Positions 47,154 to 64,000 of a stretch of 64,000 bases of DNA are shown in pieces. The position numbers and the translations under genes are program-made. Source of the stretch: Balanoglossus misakiensis (taxonomy: Eukaryota > Animalia > Hemichordata); contig CM082588.2 of assembly GCA_040954595.2 (NCBI GenBank), forward strand, positions 7,080,202 through 7,144,201. The letters run 5' to 3'. The first letter of the stretch is position 1; each line of letters starts with the position of its first letter. Below the pieces are notes generated by a model, which searched no databases, had not been told where the DNA came from, and was given only the letters and a program-made list of their open reading frames with translations.

Positions 47154-49799
47154 TTATTTATTTATTTATTTATTTATTTCCATATAAATAAATATTAATT
47201 ATTTCTATCTTTAAACATATAGGTTTCAATTTGAACCACAATTCCAAAGTAATAGAGGATTGATTTGAAAACTGACCTGCATTAGAAAACATTTTATTCT
47301 TGACGATGACCTGGTATGTGTTCAGAGCTTCCGAGAACATTTCGTTGGCTTCGTACATGTTTGCTAGATTGAACAAAACCTGAAGAAGATAACAATACAG
47401 CGTTAATATCTGCCTTCATGAAAATATTAATCAGACACAGATACATAAAAAGAAAAAATTCTCCATATTGAAAAAAAACACTTGATGAGTCAAAGAGTGA
47501 AATCAGTAAAGATAACTTTCACTTACTGAATATGTCAAGTCCAAGTTGATCTGATCATTGGCTGCCATTTGATCTCTCTTTCTTACGAGGACACGTTCTT
47601 GACGGCCAGCTTCTTTGGCTTTTTCAAGTGCCTGACGAGAAAAAAGAACAAAACATATTAGACAACACATTAGAGTAGGTATTTCCCTTGTTTCAAAATT
47701 TTACTAATGGTAGTTTTTATTCTCAAAGTTATTAACTACTATTTTGACATCAACAACATTCTACATGTTCAACCTTGTAAGATGACTCACCAAGTTCAAT
47801 TCTCCTCTACTGGCTGCAAAGCAACTTTCTTCTATCAATTCATTGACTTTCTTTTCCAGCTGTTTAATCTTCTCTTCAGGGCTATGATGAAAAAGATAGA
47901 AATCAAAAGTTTGTCTTTAGAAATTGCCTTGGCATACAAGTTTTTGTTTATGTACGTACATTGCTAGGGAATGTACAAAATCAGTGTTTCATTCAGGATG
48001 CCATCAACAGGGGGATATGTCCCCCTTTGCCAGAATATTTAGGGGGGATTACACTCTGGCAAGGGGGGGGGGAGACTGTAATATCTCCAACATGCGAGTG
48101 ACATCAATTTAAGGGGCAATGGTCCCCTTTGGCAAAGTACTAGAGGGTGCCAACATCTCAACAGCGGTTAATCTCCCCATCCCCTCGTCTAGATGAAACA
48201 CAGCAAAATTAGAGTGTAATTGTAGTATGATGTTAATTGTCTACTTACGTATCTTCATTTTTGGTTTCCAGCGGTGGGGCTGGTCCCCGCTGGTTGAGTG
48301 GATCGAACGACGCCCCTCGGTTCCCGGCAGATGTGTAGCCTGCTGCTCTGACTGCAGTCATTGGACGCGCCACACCACCATCCTGTCAAGAAATAACACA
48401 ATCTATGAATTATGGGATTCACTGGTGGGGGGGGTGGTATCATATGGCACACAACTCACAAGGTTTTACTTATTTATGGGTAATATAATGACTTGAGAGG
48501 ACTTATAGAGTTTCAATCACAGGTGTTTTTCATTAAATTTTAAACAGGTACATGTATAAGGTATCATAAGCTGGTAAGATGGGCCATCTGTCATCAGGAT
48601 TAGGAAAATTATTTGGTCATAGAGGATCTCAACCTGTGTGGATAAGATTTCTGCTGTACCCATATTCAATTAGAAGTGGAACTGCACAAATTAAACATAT
48701 TCGTGATTTTTTAAAATAAAGTTTTGGTCAAATTTAACCGTTCCATCCCCCTAGGTTCGGTCCAAATCCAGTGTTTTCTATGGTGAATACTGAAGTTAGA
48801 AATAGGGGTGAAAGGGTTAGGTACTGCATGACAATGACTTACTGCGGCAGCTACTGCTCCTGTTGTTGGTCGACCCATAGATGATGGCATTCCAGCTCTA
48901 CCACGCTGCATCAGACGAAAAATACAGTAATATTGTAATGACGAATTTCAAATGAATACTGAATATCATATGTTCCATGAAATGACTATGTATCTTTATT
49001 TCGTTTTTCATAATTCATGATGTAGTGATGTAATTTTTAGGATAACTTTGAAAGTGTATATCAAAATGTCAAAAACAGCTTTTATAATACTACATGTACT
49101 TACCATAGCAGTTGCCAATCTGCCTTTAGCTGCAGTGGTTGGAGCTCTGCCCGTCATCTGTGAAAAGGTGTGACAACATCAAATCAGTTATATTTTGAAA
49201 TTCATTATCATTATCATAACAAATCATTGTTAAGCAAATTAGCAAATACAGTATCAGAAATTCCTGGTGAGAACACTGATGTTACATTACACAATGTGCA
49301 TATCTCATTTCTAAATTTAATCATAAAGAGTAATAATTTTATTCAGTAATTCATTGTCCAAAAATAGTTTCTATAATCCTCTACATAATCTTTTGTTCTA
49401 AAGTTTGAATGACAAGGTACACTACAGGACACTTTGTATGCTGTTTCCTGCAGTGCTTATCAAACAAACTTCAAAACATATCTACCTAAGTGTAATAATG
49501 AATACTTACAGGAGGTCGTCTGCCATAACTTGTTTTCACTGCCTGTTGGAAAGCTTCATCCTGTTCTAATGTCTGAATGAAAAGAAATAATTTTGAGTTA
49601 AAACTAAACGCACAATATGGAACTTTTTGAAAATGTTTTCAGTAAGTTTTGTTTTGTGTGCCACCTACAGTTTCTTGTTCTACTCCCTACATCAGTACCA
49701 GTAACTCTAACTTACCTCTGTGTCAAATGATGGATTGTAATCATTGTAACCAGAATACAAATCCTCATTTTCTTCTGGAGCTAAATGAACATTATCCAT
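38948..49799 (-). CDS. IFT88: Intraflagellar transport protein 88 (TPR protein), 22 coding exons, 833 aa
   Basis: Exons 49799-49716 (MDNVHLAPEENEDLYSGYNDYNP), 49572-49510, 49157-49104, 48905-48843, 48382-48249 (RPMTAVRAAGY), 47881-47791, 47631-47527, 47379-47277, 46956-46842, 46377-46146, 45610-45540, 45389-45303, 45059-44960, 44541-44385, 43901-43785, 43507-43248, 41528-41360 (WLGAYYIDSQFCEKA..KWQLMIASCHRRSG), 41120-41055, 40757-40651, 40093-40030, 39555-39421, 39072-38948 (DPLGP..ERPKTA..DLLPE). Sum 2502 nt, in frame. Confidence 0.97.
42183..43036. mobile_element. Non-autonomous element with CA..TG termini and 7-bp TSD (P-element-like), nested in the Crypton-like copy 42061-43230
   Basis: TIR cacggttactagaagaagacggttaggaaact; TSD acgtgac at 42176-42182 and 43037-43043. 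Confidence 0.8.
47089..47178. repeat. (TCTA)n-(TTTA)n compound microsatellite in an IFT88 intron
   Basis: Directly visible. Confidence 0.95.
47982..48203. mobile_element. Decayed CAG..CTG (hAT-like) MITE; relatives near 26370-26665 and 50915-51092
   Basis: cagtgttt(t)cat.. / ..atgaaacac termini, and shared ggggatatgtccccctttgccagaatattt / caacaggggt..aatc.cccc segments. Confidence 0.5.
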
Positions 49800-50400
49800 A
49801 TTGCCTGAGTTCCAGTACTTGGATTAATTTATTGTCTGCAAGAAGAAAGTATAAACTTGTACATATTGACCATCAGTCTTCAAAATTAGGTAAAAACACA
49901 TCAGTTCAGTATTTTAAGCGTGGTTTGTAGTTGTACTGCACGTGTACCATCATGTATCAGTAAGTGATCAAAACTTCAGTTGTCACCCTAGAAATAATAT
50001 TGAACGATACAATTTTATGTTTTACAGTGATTGGCATGACACTAGAATTGCGCGGTTGTAGAACATAAAGCACTTCTTTCTTACTTAATTCAAAGAGGAT
50101 GAAATCATCTTTTAAAGTAAAAATCATCAACACCACGTCCACTTTTCGTATTTTGATTGAAAACAACATCATCACCAGCAACTGTCATCGGTGCGGCGTC
50201 CCTATCAACGGTGAGGCAACCACTAAATTTCTCAAACATTGGAGTGAAAATGTCTTTCAAAGTTGTTACTTACGTTATTTATGGACCTTGAGTATCACTC
50301 CTTGACAGGAAAGTTGGATTTCGACGGAATAATTCGAGCTCATCCGTCGGTTACACAGCTTCAAGATGACCGGTTTGTCTCTTGCACCTGGAATTTTTAC

Positions 50401-50561
50401 CCATCAGCCACTTCGTTGTTGACGTCGCCAATCGCACTTCCGGTTGTGGAGTAAAGAACTTTAAACAACCAAACATCCAGGAAGTGATCGTGAAAATAAT
50501 GTGAAACGTCGAAGTTGGCTGAATTTTCTTCTTTGTAGATGCTTATATTTATTTATTCAGA
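50401..50561. promoter_or_regulatory. Compact bidirectional promoter shared by IFT88 (-) and MAP3K7 (+)
   Basis: IFT88 leader-exon donor at 50400 and TAK1 ATG at 50562. Divergent ETS motifs acttccgg (50436-50443) and caggaagtg (50478-50486), CRE-like tgacgtcg and CCAAT. Confidence 0.65.
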
Positions 50562-59543
<8,982 letters not shown>

Positions 59544-62500
59544 TGAGGCTACGAATAAACATTAGTCACTGCTCTGATAACAAACAAGTCTACATCAAAT
59601 AGCCTAGTTTAGAGATACTGTACGTCATAGATAGATGCCAACAAACATTATAGGGTCGACTTCTGGTCGACGTAAAATGTCAGATGCCTCTACGTTGCAT
59701 ACCTGTTCTAAGAGTGCAGAGGATAATTAATCAATCACAAGTGATGTTGTTCACCTGCTTCAGGTGTGCGGAAAGTAATTGACCAATCAGAGTCTAAATA
59801 GCCAAACAGTGACTATCTATTTATGAGAGAAGACCTGTATCATGTGATTGTGTCTGGGTAACCAGACAGACAAATTTCCAAACAACTGGACAATTTCTAT
59901 GACAGAAAGAACAAGAGCTGGTGGTCTCGAGACAAAAAAATTTATACTTAAGATATTATGGCTCAAAATACACTTTTCCTGGACATAAGTTTTCTGAAAA
60001 AAAAGTGTACCAGTATGTAGAAAGAGCAGTCGATTGATGTCCAATGGACAACCAATTGAGTAGGGAAAGTTTATGCAATATCAGGTTTTAACTGACAAAT
60101 GTATATATGTAGTGAAACTTTTACACACTAATCATGATTTCAAGTAAAATTCCTGTTTTGATATACAACTCAGTGTTCAGATTTTCATGCTCTTGCCCTT
60201 ATATCCTATCTACTAAAGTGCGAATCAAAAACTTTTTCTCTTATTCCCCACAAAAAACCCAGTTATAGTAACTCCAGATACATTCTGCAGTGTCATTATA
60301 TTTTTAAAGAAATATTTAAAGGTGATGATGTAGTCTTTTCACGTTACTGGTATTAAAAGAATAGAAAAGAACTTTGAATCTAATAATTTGTCTGGTTGTA
60401 TCACTCTGCATACAGAATGACTCTCAATCTTCAATACTAATTGCCCTGCAATTTGCAACAATTTTTTAGTCTGCTGTGTGCCAGAAGTATCCATGTTTTA
60501 TCTCATGGTGCTCTATTTGGAAACATTGGCTTATTAAAGACACACCACCTTATCTGAAACTCTGCTGAAAACTTAAATATTATATAATATTTGCCACCCT
60601 ACTAACCCTAAACCCATAAAATCGTGAAAGTAATGTCATAAGTTGCAACTCATGTGCCTTTAAATAATGACATTCATAAACCACAAATACAAGCCAGAAA
60701 TTGCAATTATTTTCAAAAGTGTTGAGGAGTGGATGTAGACAGCAGACACGCGTTTGAAAATGGCGTCGTGTTTGGTTTGTGCGTCGTCCCCCACCAGAGA
60801 ATGGAAGAGTCGAAGATGCACTGGGCTGTACACTGGCTATATAAAATGCACAATACATTTTGTTCAGCGATTACCACCTAACACTTATTCCCTGTACCGT
60901 GCGCCAAGAAGACCTTACCTTAATTCTTCTGAGAAGAGCTCACTGGCTTGTAGACCCATGCAGACACTACACAGAAGACTAGAACTGTTCACCACGAGAT
61001 CTTGAAAGACATGTCCTTCCATCATGGCTGCTCTTGTTACAAACACACTTTCTTTCAAGCACATGCTAATGATGATGACCCTTGAATGGCTAACCTGAAA
61101 GCTGATTGGTGGACAACAGGTGCAACACTTGCAATATGTAAATTAGCATGATGTCATCAGTGTCAGGCAGACTTGTTCATTGGACATGCTAGCTGACAAA
61201 TCAAAACAAATGAGTCATTTCTTTTTTACTTTCATAAATTCTGCATTTATTATCAATAAGAACATCAAAAATTACTCTCTTCAGTGAACTTGATACAAGA
61301 ATGTGAGATCTATGTAATACAAAAGATCTTATTGCTAATATCTGCTTTTCTAAATTAAACAGTAATAAATTTTAAGAACGTCGCTATTTTCTAGATTCTC
61401 TTAGACTCTACATACTAAACTCTAAAACAGCAGCAAACTTTCATTGCAAATTATAACAGAGAGAAATTTAGCATAATATATAAATGCTGACTGTATGAAA
61501 TAAACCAGCTGCAATGATCTAAACATGCCCCAAAAGAATGCATGCAAAAACAAAATTGGAAGCATTGCTATTCGCTTTAAGAAGTTTTGATATATTGCGA
61601 GTACATGTATACAAACGTCATATTGTGAACTAGTGAATAAAAGTACAATGAACTTTCTTCATCACAGCAAAACGCGAGTTTTTCAGTAAAATCATTGTCA
61701 GTCACCAAAATCGAACATGGCAACGAAATATTTACTCAGCAGTTTAGTTTGAAGATTTCTAAAAGGCTCCAGAACACAACTAGGAAGTCACATGACAAAT
61801 CTCTCCATTAGTATCCATATAACCTCAATTCATGAAATTAATAACAAGGTACAAACTCCAACCCAGAATGATAACTTTGTACCAGGTGTACAAATATCAA
61901 CATTCAAATTTCAAAACTTTGCAAGGCACCAAATTGATTCAAGAAAGCTAAAATACAACTATTTTAGTTGCTTCAGCTGCAGAGATTTCCTTAACTATAC
62001 CTGAACCCTTCAATAAATGTGCAGATATAAGAAAAACATTATAGCAAAAAAAACATTATATTTGTCTTCGTACTGATTTTGTGTGACTACATAGTGAACA
62101 TTGCAAAGTCACAAAAAGGCACCAGTTTTTACTTCTTGCAAAAACAAATAACATTGACGTGAAAAGTTTGAAGTATTTTCACTAAGGACACTTGCTTCAC
62201 ACACATGTGATTTCATAAAGTGACTGACTGACTATCTATGCCAGTCTACTCTTCTCAGATGATAAGACAAAAATAACAACAGCTCTCTCTCGATCTCAAG
62301 CACTGTATCAAAACCTGAAACATTTCACATGTTGCACCCACACAAACTGCTACCATTTGTGAGTCTTACAAACTATCTCTGCCTATATTCATTACAGTTT
62401 TTCATCATTTCCACAAATTTCACCTTTGACACATCAGTGAAAATGACCTCCAACAGTACTTCCCCAAACTGACTCTAACTGGGGTTTCTATCAAAGATAA

Positions 62501-64000
62501 CAGGCATTGACTTTGTACACAGGGTTGATAAGAATTGCTATCAACGGAAGCTACCCCCTATGACTGATAATGCATGATACTATTAACCATATGTGACCTT
62601 AAAAGTCAAAGGTTAACCTGGAGATAAGTTATTCAAATCAGACCAGACAGTACAGATGCAAGAGATGATACTTGTCACTGATAATGGACAGAACTTGGTG
62701 ACTGTCAGTGTAATGGTGTGCCGTGCCCATAAACTTTATCTTACAGTATGACAGCATAGAATCATATTTGCAAATGCAAAACTCTGTTTCAAAAACTAAC
62801 GAAATATTTGAGCAATGTTTGCAACCAGAATAAAAATATCAAAGGTACCAGCAACTCTTTTTTTGATTTACAACATTAATACTGATAATACACTTGACTT
62901 TGAGTATTTGAAAACATAAAAAAAACACCTGTACATACTTTGGTATGAGAATTACGATAACTGCATGTCTATCAGAATTTTATGTAAAATCATCCCTTAT
63001 ATTAAGTATTGCATTTAGAGAATCAAATGCATTTATTTCTTTTTTACAACTACATTGTTTTTCAGGCAAGGTGTTACTTAGATATTGTAGTCATTTTAGT
63101 TTTAAATTTGATACTACCTGTTTTTACACTTTTGCAAAAATATGTTAAATTGCTGATTGAGTTAGACTGACATGGTCATCAACTTATGGTGTAGCTAGCC
63201 ACTATGAATGTACTATGTTGCCTCTTCTGAAACCATGACTGCGTTGTTATTGTTGTTGTTATTGTTGTTGTTATTGTTGTTGTGGCAATAGAGGCAGTAA
63301 CACAGCTTACTGAAGGGGTATAACATACTGGGTTTATATCAAATGATAAAATGTTTTTGTTTTGTTTTGTTTATCAAATAAAACAAATATTTTTTTCACT
63401 GCAGGCAAATATCTGGTTTGGATCTCATTTTTAAACAAAAACAATGATAATTTTGATGGACAAAATCAATACCTTCTCGCTGAGTTGCTTAAAATAATGG
63501 TACAATAACGTAATTTCACTGATTCATGAAAGAAAACAAATCAATTTTGTTTATTATTTACAAGATTTACACGCAACAGCAGCATATGTGGCCAACTGTC
63601 GCTACTTTTCTACATCGCTGACACAAAATGGCGACAAGACAAACTGCCTTTTGACTTAAACTCTCCAGATGGCGCTGTGTACAGCCTGCTAAGATCAGAA
63701 CTTTCAAATTGTAAGTTAATTTTTACATTAAAGGTATACATTCACCTCCAATTTACATATATATGGCTGAAATGGCGTATCTGAGCGTTCTAAAGAACAT
63801 ATGGTGGTGCTCTTTTTTTCGCATGCGCCACCCACTGAAAATCTGTGATTGGCTAGATCTCAATTTGCCATGGTAACGATAGCTAATTCTCCATGGGTCA
63901 CCGTATACCTTTAACCAGCAAAACTTAAGACTCCTTGGAAATGACTTACATATATAATGCCTAAAAACTGTGGTGATAAAAGCAGGAAAATACTATATTC

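Overview
AT-rich, intron-rich animal genomic DNA. Gene structures and repeat families point to an invertebrate deuterostome, possibly a hemichordate; that assignment is inference only. I could reconstruct seven protein-coding genes exon by exon: PPIL6 (-, runs off the left edge), RPL13A (-, hosting four box C/D snoRNAs), a small unannotated-looking death-effector-domain-like gene (+), ISCU (-), an uncharacterised STI1/DP-domain gene (+), IFT88 (-) and MAP3K7/TAK1 (+). ISCU/STI1-gene and IFT88/MAP3K7 are tight head-to-head pairs. Introns and the 9-21 kb intergenic tract are packed with non-autonomous DNA elements whose termini and target-site duplications (TSDs) can be read directly. These include AcademH-like (9-bp TSD), IS3EU-like foldbacks (6-bp TSD), Harbinger-, Mutator/Merlin-, P-, Kolobok-, Crypton- and Helentron-like elements, often nested, plus one fresh 5'-truncated L1-clade LINE. 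Most notable: a snoRNA with guides against the 28S rRNA 5' end, the DED-only gene, twin motif-sharing cassette-like exons in TAK1, and foldback elements whose arms are homogenised within each copy. No CRISPR, tRNA or rRNA genes were seen. Most short ORFs in the supplied track are noise or repeats.
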